Assembly (NCBI GenBank): GCA_050297855.1
Contig: JBNKTC010000009.1
Span: 9,221-73,220 of the forward strand
Source of the DNA: Campylobacterales bacterium
GTDB taxonomy: Bacteria; Campylobacterota; Campylobacteria; Campylobacterales; SZUA-545
Length of the DNA stretch: 64,000 nt
Reading direction: 5' to 3'
The notes under the pieces are model-generated. The model was not told the DNA's origin. It made no database searches and worked only from the letters and a program-made list of their open reading frames with translations. Of this stretch, positions 19,909-29,042 are shown in pieces; the stretch's first letter is position 1; every line of letters starts with the position of its first letter. A program made the translations under genes and the position numbers.

Positions 19909-20652
19909 CTACTTTTTCCGTTTGTCCCGGATATAGATCGCCTTGCGGCCGCTGCGCTCCTCGAAAAACTCGTCAAAATCAAACAGCTTGGTCGCCCGGA
20001 CCAGTTCGCCCAGTTTCGTGTAGCCGTAGTTCCGTGCATCGAACTCGGGTGCCTGTTTGGCGATACTGCTCCCCACGGCACCCAGCTGCGCCCACCCGAT
20101 CTCGTCCGAAGCCGCTTCAGCCGCATTGCGCAGGAGGTTGACCAGGCGGGTATCCTGTTTGAGCTCGTTGGTCGATGCCGGCTTGATCCGCTCGGGCTGC
20201 TCTTCGCCGCCCTGGCGCAGGACCTCGGTGTAGATAAACTTGTCACAGGCTACGACGAATGGATCGGGAGTCTTCTTCTCGCCGAAGCCGTAGACCGTCA
20301 GTCCCGATTCGCGGATACGGGAGGCGAGCTTGGTAAAATCGCTGTCGCTGGAGACGATGCAGAAGCCGTCAAAACGGTCCGTATAGAGCAGGTCCATCGC
20401 ATCGATGATCATGGCACTGTCGGTGGCGTTTTTCCCCGTCGTGTAGCCGAACTGCTGGATCGGCTGGATCGAGTGCTGAAGCAGCATCTCCTTCCAGCCG
20501 TTGAGCCGGTTGGATGTCCAGTCGCCGTAGATCCGCTTTACGTTGGCCGTCCCGTACTTGGCGATCTCTTCGAGCAGTCCGTCGATGATGGAGGGCTGGG
20601 CATTGTCCGCGTCGATCAGGACCGCCAGTTTTCCCGAGTTTCCGTTTGCCAT
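19909..20652 (-). CDS. NYN (LabA-like) ribonuclease-fold domain + OST-HTH/LOTUS domain protein
   Basis: LAVLIDADNA...GKNATDSAMIIDAMDLLY...FCIVSSDSDFTKLASRIRESG is the NYN pattern. The C-terminal roughly 80 aa (WAQLGAVGSSIAKQAPEFDARNYGYTKLGELV) look like OST-HTH. Confidence 0.8.
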   Translation of the reverse strand: MANGNSGKLAVLIDADNAQPSIIDGLLEEIAKYGTANVKRIYGDWTSNRLNGWKEMLLQHSIQPIQQFGYTTGKNATDSAMIIDAMDLLYTDRFDGFCIVSSDSDFTKLASRIRESGLTVYGFGEKKTPDPFVVACDKFIYTEVLRQGGEEQPERIKPASTNELKQDTRLVNLLRNAAEAASDEIGWAQLGAVGSSIAKQAPEFDARNYGYTKLGELVRATKLFDFDEFFEERSGRKAIYIRDKRKK

Positions 20653-20859
20653 CTATTTAAATCCTTTGGGGATGATCTCTTTGACCCGTCCGACCTGGCC
20701 GTCGGTGAGACGGACCTTGATGCCGTGGGGATGAAAGGCGGAGTTGGTCAGCAGCTGGGCGACAAACCCTTCGGTCAGTCTCCCGCTGCGCTGGTCTTTT
20801 TTGAGTACGATAAGCACGTGGGCTCCCACTGTGACATCGTCGCGTTTTCGTCCGTCCAT
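20653..20859 (-). CDS. YwbE-family small protein
   Basis: 68 aa. VLIVLKKDQRSGRLTEGFVAQLLTNSAFHPHGIKVRLTDGQVGRVKEI closely resembles B. subtilis YwbE as I recall it. The stop abuts the NYN gene start with no gap. Confidence 0.8.
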   Translation of the reverse strand: MDGRKRDDVTVGAHVLIVLKKDQRSGRLTEGFVAQLLTNSAFHPHGIKVRLTDGQVGRVKEIIPKGFK

Positions 20860-20915
20860 CTTCTCCCCGCTTTTTTGATATCACATAATACCATCTAAAC
20901 CCCTTTCTTTGTATA

Positions 20916-21860
20916 ATGCCCGAAACGACCGAAGGGATCATCGTGACCGCCGTCTTCCTCTCCATGTTCGCCATCTACCTCTTTATCGCCGTCGGATTCA
21001 TGGCCAAGTCGACCCTGAAGGAGAAGCTGGACGAAAAGACACTGGTCCTGCTCTCGATCTTTTTCCTGCAGCCCTTTCTCAACTTCTGGGGACTGATGCA
21101 GCGCCCCATCGATACCGGGCTCGTCTACGCACCCCTGCTCTACCTCGCCATCGTACTCCTGCTGCTTCCGATGATCTTCCTGCTCGGAAAACAGCTCTTT
21201 GCCGACATGAAACAGCGCTCGATCTTTATCGTTTCCGGCCTCGTGGGAAACACCGCCAACCTGGGAATCCCCGTCGGCATCGTCATCTTCGGAGAGGAGA
21301 GTATCCCCTACACGACGGTCATCAACATCGCCAACGTCTTCTTCGTCTACACGGTCGGCGTCTACTTCTACTCCCGGGGCAACTTCTCGGTCCGGGAGTC
21401 CCTGATTAATATTATCAAGCTCCCCGTTCTCTGGTCGGCCCTCCTGGCTATTGTCTGTAACCTCGCCGGTATTACCCTGCACCCGTCCATCGACCGGGTC
21501 CTGGAGATGGGGGCCTATGCCAGCATCGTCATGCAGCTGCTGATCTTCGGGATCTACCTCCACTCCGTACAAATCAGAAGTATCACCCCGCGGCTTCTAG
21601 CGGGTGTCCATACCGTCAAATTCGTGCTGCTACCGCTCGTTGCACTGGCCGTTTTGCTCCCGGTCGATCTCGACCCGATGATCAAAGGGATCCTTTTTCT
21701 GGAACTTCTGATGCCCCTGGCCATCGCCAATGTCAACTTTGCCTCGCTGTATGACTGCCGTCCCGGTGATGTGACCGTCTTGATCCTGATGAGCAGCGTA
21801 CTTTTTATGGGGATCGTCTTCGGAGGCATCCGGGTCATCCAGCACTTCGGATGGCTCTGA
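20916..21860 (+). CDS. AEC (auxin efflux carrier) family transporter
   Basis: 314 aa with about 10 hydrophobic helices and typical AEC/permease topology. Confidence 0.7.
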   Translation: MPETTEGIIVTAVFLSMFAIYLFIAVGFMAKSTLKEKLDEKTLVLLSIFFLQPFLNFWGLMQRPIDTGLVYAPLLYLAIVLLLLPMIFLLGKQLFADMKQRSIFIVSGLVGNTANLGIPVGIVIFGEESIPYTTVINIANVFFVYTVGVYFYSRGNFSVRESLINIIKLPVLWSALLAIVCNLAGITLHPSIDRVLEMGAYASIVMQLLIFGIYLHSVQIRSITPRLLAGVHTVKFVLLPLVALAVLLPVDLDPMIKGILFLELLMPLAIANVNFASLYDCRPGDVTVLILMSSVLFMGIVFGGIRVIQHFGWL

Positions 21861-21973
21861 CCGCTCCGCTATCTAAAGCGAAGGTTAACCCTTAAAAGTA
21901 ACTTAAAATCAAGTTGAAATATGGCCGCTGCCGTGCTACCATCTTAATAAAACCAGACAGGTGACAGGATCAG

Positions 21974-22549
21974 ATGAAAGTCTTAATAATCGATGACAGT
22001 ATCGCTGCGCGGAAAGTCGTACTGCGCGCGCTTCACGCCCTGGGCATTAAACGGGTCTATGAAGCACAGAACGGACGGGAGGCTCTCCATATCCTCCATA
22101 AAAACCCCGACGTCAACATGGCGGTCGTAGACTGGGAGATGCCCCAGATGGACGGGCTGGAGTTTATCAAAAGCGTACGGGAGGATAAGGCGTACCAGGG
22201 GCTGAAACTGGTCATGGCATCCGCCAGAAGCAGCAAAGAGGATGTGATCACCGCCCTCAAAGCCGGAGCCGACAACTATATTGCCAAACCCTTCTCGGAC
22301 CAGAGCCTCAAAACCCACCTCAAACCGGTGATCGACTCCCTCAAGCCGGCCAAAAGCACTGAAGAGTTTATCAGCTACTTCTCCAAAAAACAGGTACGGG
22401 ACGTCGTGATCAAAGAGGAGACGATGCACCTTGATTTCGGCGACAAAAAGATCGCCATCGACATCCCGCTCATGATCTACCACGGCGCGATACAGATCGA
22501 GGAGGAAGCGGCCGAAGAAGAGAACTTCGTCCCCCTCAAAGAGGAGTAG
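21974..22549 (+). CDS. CheY-like response regulator with unassigned roughly 70-aa C-terminal extension
   Basis: MKVLIIDDS..., VDWEMPQMDG, MASARS, YIAKPF. All canonical receiver residues are present. The C-terminal part is not recognised. Confidence 0.88.
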   Translation: MKVLIIDDSIAARKVVLRALHALGIKRVYEAQNGREALHILHKNPDVNMAVVDWEMPQMDGLEFIKSVREDKAYQGLKLVMASARSSKEDVITALKAGADNYIAKPFSDQSLKTHLKPVIDSLKPAKSTEEFISYFSKKQVRDVVIKEETMHLDFGDKKIAIDIPLMIYHGAIQIEEEAAEEENFVPLKEE

Positions 22550-22550
22550 C

Positions 22551-23600
22551 CTACGGGGTTGCGACCCGGTTTTTCCCCGCCGCCTTGGCACGGTACATGG
22601 CACGGTCCGCCTCCTGGATGAGAGCATCGGCATCCATGCCGTCGCAGTAGGCTGCCACGCCGAAACTGCAGCTTACCTGCCCCACCCCTTCGACAGAGAT
22701 CTCCGAAACGGCACGCCGCAGCGCTTCGGCCGTTGCCACCGCCTGCTCCAGTTCAGCTCCCGGTAGTACGACCAAAAACTCCTCCCCGCCCCAGCGTCCA
22801 AAGGCGGCTTCGCCGGAGATATGCCCAGAGACAGTCTTGGCCACGGCAACAAGGACATCGTCCCCACTGAGGTGCCCGTAGCTGTCGTTGATCTTTTTAA
22901 AATCGTCGATATCAAAGAGGATCAACCCCAGCCGATCGGTTGCGCCTATGGCCTCGCCCAGTGTCCGGTCGATCTTCAGGCGGTTATAGATACCCGTCAG
23001 GGTATCGGTCTCCGATATCCGCGTGACGCTTTCGATCTTCTCCTCCAGCTCGCGGTTGAGCTGACGGATCGTCTCGGTACGTTCCTGGATGACCGCCTCC
23101 ATGTGTTCGTTCAGGAACTTGTTCTCCAGGACATAGCCGATAAAGCTGGAGAAGAGCTTGAGGGCATTGATGTCGTCATCTTCAAAAGCCCCTTCAAGCT
23201 TGTTGATCACCTCGATCACCCCCAGCAGTTTTCCCGATGAGTCAAAGAGGGGATAGGCCAGGATGTTCTTGGTCTCATAACCGGTCTTTTTATCGATCCC
23301 GGCGTTAAAACGGATATCGTCGCTCACGTCCTGGACCACCTGGAGTCTCCCCTCCCGTATCGCCCCGCCGGCGATACTGCGGTCCACCGGGACCCGGATC
23401 TCGTGCCCGACCCCCTCGGCGATCAGCGTCCATATCTCGTCACGCGCTTCGTCGTAGAGGAAGAGCGAGCTCCGGTCCGCCCGCGTCAGCCGCGTAATGA
23501 TCCCGGTCAGGTGGTGCAGCAGCTGACCCAGGTCCCGTTCCCGTGTGATCTCGTTAATAAAGTCCCGGACGATCTCCAGTTTTTCAAAGCAATCCATCAT
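22551..23600 (-). CDS. GAF-domain diguanylate cyclase (GGDEF)
   Basis: N-terminal GAF-like region (ADRSSLFLYDE...LAYPLFDSSGKLLGVIEVINK), then DTLTGIYNR...FDIDDFKKINDSYGHLSGD...RWGGEEFLVVLP...AKAAGKNR. Confidence 0.9.
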   Translation of the reverse strand: MMDCFEKLEIVRDFINEITRERDLGQLLHHLTGIITRLTRADRSSLFLYDEARDEIWTLIAEGVGHEIRVPVDRSIAGGAIREGRLQVVQDVSDDIRFNAGIDKKTGYETKNILAYPLFDSSGKLLGVIEVINKLEGAFEDDDINALKLFSSFIGYVLENKFLNEHMEAVIQERTETIRQLNRELEEKIESVTRISETDTLTGIYNRLKIDRTLGEAIGATDRLGLILFDIDDFKKINDSYGHLSGDDVLVAVAKTVSGHISGEAAFGRWGGEEFLVVLPGAELEQAVATAEALRRAVSEISVEGVGQVSCSFGVAAYCDGMDADALIQEADRAMYRAKAAGKNRVATP

Positions 23601-23606
23601 CCTCTC

Positions 23607-24017
23607 CTATTTAGCCGTTTTCAGGCTGTCGATCCAGCGCTCAAGGATCAGTTTGGCCGATACGCTGTCGAGCTTGCCGTCTTTTTTGTGACGGAAGAGT
23701 CCGGCAGTCATCTCCTTGGCCTCCATGGAGGAGCCGTACTCGTCCTGGTAGACCACCTCCCCCTCAAACCCGAGCAGCGAGACAAAATGCTCGATGCGCC
23801 GCCGCATCTCCTCCTCGCTGCTGCCGCCTTTGGGCAGGCCGACCACCAGCCGCGTGATCTTGTATTCATCCAGGAACGCCTTGACGTCACGGCTTGCCTG
23901 TTCACGGTTTTTGCGCAGGATCGCCTCCTGGGGAAAGACCAGTTTCCCATCAGGTGAATAGGCCACGCCGATCCGTTTGAGGCCGACATCGATTGCCGCT
24001 ATCTTTTCCATTATCAT
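23607..24017 (-). CDS. ruvX: Holliday-junction resolvase-like RuvX (YqgF)
   Basis: IAAIDVGLKRIGVA...VVGLPKG...DEYGSSMEA. Confidence 0.88.
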   Translation of the reverse strand: MIMEKIAAIDVGLKRIGVAYSPDGKLVFPQEAILRKNREQASRDVKAFLDEYKITRLVVGLPKGGSSEEEMRRRIEHFVSLLGFEGEVVYQDEYGSSMEAKEMTAGLFRHKKDGKLDSVSAKLILERWIDSLKTAK

Positions 24018-24790
24018 ACCACCGTAATTGTGTTGTTTTTAACGACGATCTTACCGTCCAGTTCATACTCGTCGACCCGCTCGCCGAAACGGGCCACCGC
24101 CTCGTGATAGCCGGGATTCTCCCGAAGATAGGCCAGCATCGCGTCATCAGGCCCTTTTGCAGGAGTAAGCCCCAGGTCACGCACGAAGGCGTCGATATCG
24201 TAGATCGGCCGGGCCGCCCCCTGGCGAAGCAGCGTGTTGGTCCCTTCACTCTCGCCGATGCGGTGGGGCAGGACATAGATCGGCCGCCCCATCTCACCCG
24301 CCAGCCTGGCACTGGTCATAGAGCCGCTTTTAAGATCCGCCTCGGTGATCACGACCGCTTCGGAGAGGCCCACGACGATGCGGTTGCGCAGCACAAAGGA
24401 GTAGGGTCTCGCTTCGTACCCGGCTTCATATTCGCTCAAAGCCAGCGCATCATTGTAGATCGCCTCTATTAACGCTTTGTTAATCTTGGGGTAGATGATA
24501 TCGAGCGAGTTGCCCATGACGGCGATCGTCTGCTCCCCCGCACCCCGGTGGGCGATGGCGTCGACCCCCATGGCCGCCCCGCTGACGACGACCCCGCCTG
24601 CATCGGCCAGGGCCTTGGCCAGGCGGTAGGTCATCCCCTTCGTATAGGCCGAGGGGCGCCGCGTGCCGATGAGGGCGATCTTGCGCCCTTCCAGAAGCTC
24701 ACGCCTGCCCGTATAATAGAGCCGTTCGGGGGCATTGGCGATGGATCGAAGCTCTGCCGGAATCTTCCCGAGCGCTTCGATCCGCGGCAT
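24014..24790 (-). CDS. dprA: DNA-processing protein DprA
   Basis: IALIGTRRPSAYTKGM...VVSGAAMGVDAIAHRGA...SEYEAGY...RNRIV...SGSM.TAR. Overlaps the ruvX start by 4 nt. Confidence 0.9.
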   Translation of the reverse strand: MPRIEALGKIPAELRSIANAPERLYYTGRRELLEGRKIALIGTRRPSAYTKGMTYRLAKALADAGGVVVSGAAMGVDAIAHRGAGEQTIAVMGNSLDIIYPKINKALIEAIYNDALALSEYEAGYEARPYSFVLRNRIVVGLSEAVVITEADLKSGSMTSARLAGEMGRPIYVLPHRIGESEGTNTLLRQGAARPIYDIDAFVRDLGLTPAKGPDDAMLAYLRENPGYHEAVARFGERVDEYELDGKIVVKNNTITVV

Positions 24791-25890
24791 CAGATCATCT
24801 CTTTGACGTAGACGACCTCCACATCCCGGAGGATGGAGGCGGCCTTTTTCAAGGCCTCGATCGTCGTACTCCGGGGGTGGCCGATGGCGATGGCCCTCCC
24901 CCGTTTCTTGGCAAGGGCCACCGCTTTTTTGAGCTGCTTGTGGATATACGCCACATCGGCTACGTTGTCCAGGAAGATATCCCGGGCTACGACCGGCATC
25001 CCCACCGCCTCTCCGGCCAGCTTCGCCTTGGTCTTGGCCGTGGTCTTGCTGTCGACGAAGGTGAAGCCGTGCTTTTTCAGAAGATAGAGCAGCACCTTCA
25101 TGGAACGCGTATCGGCGGTAAACTTGCTCCCCGTATGGTTGTTTACCAACATCGCATTGGGGAAAAGCCGGCGGATCTCCTTGACCCGTCCCTCTACCTG
25201 CACAGGTGTACTTTCGACCGTCAGGGTCTTCTCCTGCGGACTGGCGAAGTTAAGCGCCTCCAGGGGAAGATGGATCATGTAAAAATCAAGCCCCCTGGCG
25301 ATCTTCGGCGTCGAAGGGAACGTGCTGGTGGGCGGGAAGATCGACAGCGAGAGCGGGATCCCCGTACTCTTGAGGCTCTTGACCTGCGCATAGGAGGATA
25401 CGTCGTCGATAATAATGGCCAGTTTCGGTTTTTTGGGAAGGACTGCCGGCTTGAGGGGCGGCTTCTTCTCCACGACGACCGGGGGCTTGGGCACCGGTTT
25501 TTCCGCGACGGCAGGTTTTTCGGGCGGAGCGGGAAGCGGCTTGGGTTCGACGGCCGGCTTGGGCGGAAGCGGCTTGATCAGCTCTAGGGCGTGCTCGTAG
25601 TCCTCGCTCTCGGACGGCATCGCCGGGGGATAGGGTTCGGCCGAGACGATCTCTCCCATCTTCTTGATCAGGGCGTCCGCTTTACTGACCGGTTTTTCCG
25701 CTTTGGGCGGTGCGGTGACAAGGGGCTTGCGCTTATCCTCGAAAAACGAGTAGATCAGGATCGCCGACGATGTCAGGATCAGGGTAAGGGAGAGGAACAG
25801 GAGGGTATTGATCAGGTGACGGCGGATGGGACCGCCATCGTGATAGTGGTAACCGGAATCGTGGTGCTTTTTTCTTCGTTTTTTGTGCAA
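24790..25890 (-). CDS. Divergent polysaccharide deacetylase (YibQ-like) with TM anchor and Pro/Lys-rich linker
   Basis: N-terminal TM, then linker PKPAVEPKPLPAPPEKPAVAEKPVPKPPVVVEKKPPLKPAVLPKKPK, then KLAIIIDDV...NNHTGSKFT...AIGHP. Confidence 0.75.
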   Translation of the reverse strand: MHKKRRKKHHDSGYHYHDGGPIRRHLINTLLFLSLTLILTSSAILIYSFFEDKRKPLVTAPPKAEKPVSKADALIKKMGEIVSAEPYPPAMPSESEDYEHALELIKPLPPKPAVEPKPLPAPPEKPAVAEKPVPKPPVVVEKKPPLKPAVLPKKPKLAIIIDDVSSYAQVKSLKSTGIPLSLSIFPPTSTFPSTPKIARGLDFYMIHLPLEALNFASPQEKTLTVESTPVQVEGRVKEIRRLFPNAMLVNNHTGSKFTADTRSMKVLLYLLKKHGFTFVDSKTTAKTKAKLAGEAVGMPVVARDIFLDNVADVAYIHKQLKKAVALAKKRGRAIAIGHPRSTTIEALKKAASILRDVEVVYVKEMI

Positions 25891-25900
25891 ATAAAACCCG

Positions 25901-26134
25901 CTATTTCAGAGAAACGTCGATCTCGATGACATCGATATCCTGGTTTTTATCCGTCGTGATCGTAACGTCTTTGACCTGGGTGTACTTCTTGATCACTTCG
26001 ATGATGTCACGCTTCATATCTTCCATATAGGGAAAAGCGTTGCTGGCGCGCTCCTTGGCCAGGGTCACCATGAGACGGTCTCTGGCGACGGATGCAGAGT
26101 TGTTTTTGCCCAGGAATCGGTCGATGAGGCTCAT
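25901..26134 (-). CDS. minE: Cell division topological specificity factor MinE
   Basis: 77 aa: [30 protein letters not shown]... Confidence 0.9.
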   Translation of the reverse strand: MSLIDRFLGKNNSASVARDRLMVTLAKERASNAFPYMEDMKRDIIEVIKKYTQVKDVTITTDKNQDIDVIEIDVSLK

Positions 26135-26940
26135 TTGAACAGCCCTTTAAGCAGCTTGCCCAGCCCCTTTTTCTCGTTGAGGTCCATATACTCCACCTCT
26201 TCGCCCAGCACGCGCTTGGCGATCCGGCGGTACGCTTCGCCCGAACGGGAATCGGCATTAAGGACGACCGGCTCGCCTTTGTTGGTGGAGGAGACGACCT
26301 TCTCGTCATCGGGCACTACGCCGATCAGCGGCAGGGAGAGGATCTGCAGTACGTCATCGATCGCCAGCATGTCCCCTTTGGCGACCAGGTCGGGTTTGAT
26401 CCGGTTGATGATAACATGCTTTTCGACCTCGCTGCCTGCTTTGGCTTTCTCGCTCTTGGCATCGATGATCCCGATCACGCGGTCCGCGTCACGAACGGCG
26501 GAGACTTCGGGAGTCGTCACGACCAGGGCACGGTCGGCCAGGTAGATGGAGTGTTCGAACCCGCTCTCGATCCCGGCGGGGGAATCGATGAGGATGTAGT
26601 CGTAGATCCCCTTGAGCTCTTCGAGCAGGGCTTTGATCTTTTCGACGTCCAGGATGTTTTTATCCTTGGTCTGGGAAGCCGGCAGGAAAGAGAGTCCCTG
26701 GGTCTTTTTATCATTGATAATGGCCTGGGAGAGGTTGCAGTTGCCCTCCATCACATCGACAACGTCGTAAACGATCCGGTTTTCAAGCCCCAGGAGCATG
26801 TCCAGGTTTCTCAGACCGATATCAAAGTCGATGGCGATGACTTTTTTTCCCTCTTGTGCCATAGCTGTGGCGATATTGGCAACGGTCGTCGACTTCCCGA
26901 CGCCCCCTTTACCGCTAGTAATGGTGATGATCTTCCCCAT
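26131..26940 (-). CDS. minD: Septum site-determining ATPase MinD
   Basis: [19 protein letters not shown] deviant Walker [11 protein letters not shown], and a C-terminal amphipathic helix [13 protein letters not shown]. Confidence 0.96.
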   Translation of the reverse strand: MGKIITITSGKGGVGKSTTVANIATAMAQEGKKVIAIDFDIGLRNLDMLLGLENRIVYDVVDVMEGNCNLSQAIINDKKTQGLSFLPASQTKDKNILDVEKIKALLEELKGIYDYILIDSPAGIESGFEHSIYLADRALVVTTPEVSAVRDADRVIGIIDAKSEKAKAGSEVEKHVIINRIKPDLVAKGDMLAIDDVLQILSLPLIGVVPDDEKVVSSTNKGEPVVLNADSRSGEAYRRIAKRVLGEEVEYMDLNEKKGLGKLLKGLFK

Positions 26941-27029
26941 TGAGTACCTCTTCTTTAATTATTCGTAATTGTAGTTGCTTAGCAATAATAGTTCCATTAA
27001 GACGCCTCGCTTGCTAAAAAATAAGAAAT

Positions 27030-27800
27030 TTATCGTTCGAAGAGGATATCGGTCCGGATGATGTACTTGGTTCCGCCTAGGACCGGCTCGGAACTGTGGA
27101 GGCAGTGGAGCGGATGGAACCCGTGGGGGAAACAGAGCACCCCGCCGGCCGGGGTCCGTACATCCACCAGCATCGCCGTATCGGGACGGGTCGCGGGTTT
27201 TGACGGGTCGTCCTGGTCGACCCAGAACTGCGTCGCACCCCCCTCGAACCCGTCGCTGAGCAGTACCAGGAATGTCATCCGGCTATAGCGGTCCCTAAAA
27301 GCGTTTTGGACCAGTCTCCTTTCCACAACCCGGCTCCCGGGCCACGCCCCGTCGGTGTGGGGTCTGAAAAAGTCCCCCTCCCCGTATTTGTAGAAACGGA
27401 ACCGCTGGTTCAGCCCCAGCGCCCGCTTCCCGCCGAAGATCCCGTCCCGGTCATCCAGGAAACCCCTGCAGCGTTCCCAGATGATCCGGTGGGTCGTATC
27501 GTCTACGATCCAGACGAAGTTTTCATTGTGCCGTACGCTGCGCGGCAGGGAGACGGAGGCATCCTGGGTATACCCCTCCGCTTCCGTCGCCGCGATAAAC
27601 GCCTCGCACTCGGCCCGGCTCAAGACGTTGAGGAGCTGAAACGCCCCGGGCACACCGGGGACATCGACCCGCCGGATCTCCCCGAACGGGTGGTCATCCA
27701 GCCCCAGCGGGTTATCCGTCTCACTGGCCCAGGCCGGCAGCGGCGTCCCCTCCGCCCCCGTCTCCCGGGCAACGATATAGAGCCTACTTGGCGAGGTCAC
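27030..27800 (-). CDS. 2OG-Fe(II) oxygenase (prolyl-4-hydroxylase-like)
   Basis: FRFYKYGEGDFFRPHTDG (HxD) ... CFPHGFHPLHCLHSSEP ... KYIIRTDILF (Arg for 2OG). Confidence 0.7.
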   Translation of the reverse strand: MTSPSRLYIVARETGAEGTPLPAWASETDNPLGLDDHPFGEIRRVDVPGVPGAFQLLNVLSRAECEAFIAATEAEGYTQDASVSLPRSVRHNENFVWIVDDTTHRIIWERCRGFLDDRDGIFGGKRALGLNQRFRFYKYGEGDFFRPHTDGAWPGSRVVERRLVQNAFRDRYSRMTFLVLLSDGFEGGATQFWVDQDDPSKPATRPDTAMLVDVRTPAGGVLCFPHGFHPLHCLHSSEPVLGGTKYIIRTDILFER

Positions 27801-28998
27801 GCAGGGTCCGTTTTTTAAACCCGATATTAAGCCGCAGTTTCAGACCGAAATAGTAGCTCTTGGTGATCAGCTTTTTGAGCAGGTAGGCCACCCTTCCCCG
27901 CACTTTGATAAAGCCGAAGACCTCGCCCACTGCGTAGTGGCCGCCGAGTGCGACGAACACCCCGTCGACCCGGGCATGGAACGGTACCGGTTTTTTGCCT
28001 TCCATGCGCCGGATAATGCTTGCGGCCACATACTCCGCACTCTTCTCCGCCGTCTGTGCCGTAGGGGGAAGGGGTCTGCCTTTGATATCTTTCATCTCGA
28101 TGCAGTCGCCGACGGCGTAGACCTCCGGAGCGATCTGCAGGTAGCCGTCCACCACGTACTGACCGATACGAGAGAATTCGCCCGGCGTGCTGCAAGAGAT
28201 CGTGTTTGCTTTGATCCCGCCCGTAAAGACCATAAAACGGTAGGAGAGTTGGCTGCCGCCTTTAAAATAGATATGCCCGTCATCGATCTTTTCGATAAAG
28301 GCCTCGGTCATGATCGTCACCCCCAGCGACTCGAGGCGCTTTACTGTACTCTCGATGATATACTCGCTCATCCCCGGCAGGATGGTCCTGGCCGCATCGA
28401 TCAGGTAGATATGGATCTCGCCGGCCGCTTCGCCGATACTTTTGGTGTGCTTCTGGATCACATCGGCCATCTCGGCTGCGATCTCCACCCCGCTCAACCC
28501 CGCCCCGCCGATGGCGATGTTGACGTTTTTGACTTCCGATTTTTTCGGGTGGATCACCTTCTGGTAGAGCAGCTCTTCAAAGGCTGCACGGAATTGGAAC
28601 GCGCGCGGCAGCGCCTTGACCCCGACACTGTGCTCTTCGAGGCCCGTGATGAAGCTGAAGAAGTTGGTCTTCGCCCCGGTGGCGACGACCAGGTAGTCGT
28701 ACACCACCTCGCCCCTGTCGGTCCGGACGAGCTTTTTCTCCGTGTCGATAAAGGTGGCATACGCCTGCATAAACGCGACGGTCTTGCTGAAACCGTGGCA
28801 CCAGTTTTGAAGATCCAGCGCCACGTCGTGCAGGTCGAAGCGCCCGGCTACATAGCCGTAGGCCTCGGTCTGGAGGTAGTGGTAGGGGTTTTTATCGATG
28901 AGGGTGATATCAAGCTCCGGCCGCTTGCCCAGGCGCTCGATGGCACGGAGCCCCCCGTACCCGGCCCCGATGATCACGACCTTCTTTTTATTTAACAT
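27784..28998 (-). CDS. FAD/NAD(P)-dependent oxidoreductase, type II NADH dehydrogenase-like
   Basis: VVIIGAGYGGLRA (FAD fold), IAIGGAGLSGVEIAAEM (second Rossmann fold), VYAVGDC. The sulfide:quinone reductase family is not excluded. Confidence 0.75.
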   Translation of the reverse strand: MLNKKKVVIIGAGYGGLRAIERLGKRPELDITLIDKNPYHYLQTEAYGYVAGRFDLHDVALDLQNWCHGFSKTVAFMQAYATFIDTEKKLVRTDRGEVVYDYLVVATGAKTNFFSFITGLEEHSVGVKALPRAFQFRAAFEELLYQKVIHPKKSEVKNVNIAIGGAGLSGVEIAAEMADVIQKHTKSIGEAAGEIHIYLIDAARTILPGMSEYIIESTVKRLESLGVTIMTEAFIEKIDDGHIYFKGGSQLSYRFMVFTGGIKANTISCSTPGEFSRIGQYVVDGYLQIAPEVYAVGDCIEMKDIKGRPLPPTAQTAEKSAEYVAASIIRRMEGKKPVPFHARVDGVFVALGGHYAVGEVFGFIKVRGRVAYLLKKLITKSYYFGLKLRLNIGFKKRTLRDLAK

Positions 28999-29042
28999 GA
29001 CTGTCCATTCACTTTTTAAAGCGAATTATAACCAGCGATCCT

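Noticed and set aside
25400-25600. Repetitive Pro/Lys/Ala-coding DNA in the YibQ-like gene as a possible tandem repeat or contingency locus.
   Set aside because: It encodes a periplasmic linker of the PKP/PAV type. The repeats are imperfect at the DNA level and in-frame. It is ordinary low-complexity linker sequence.
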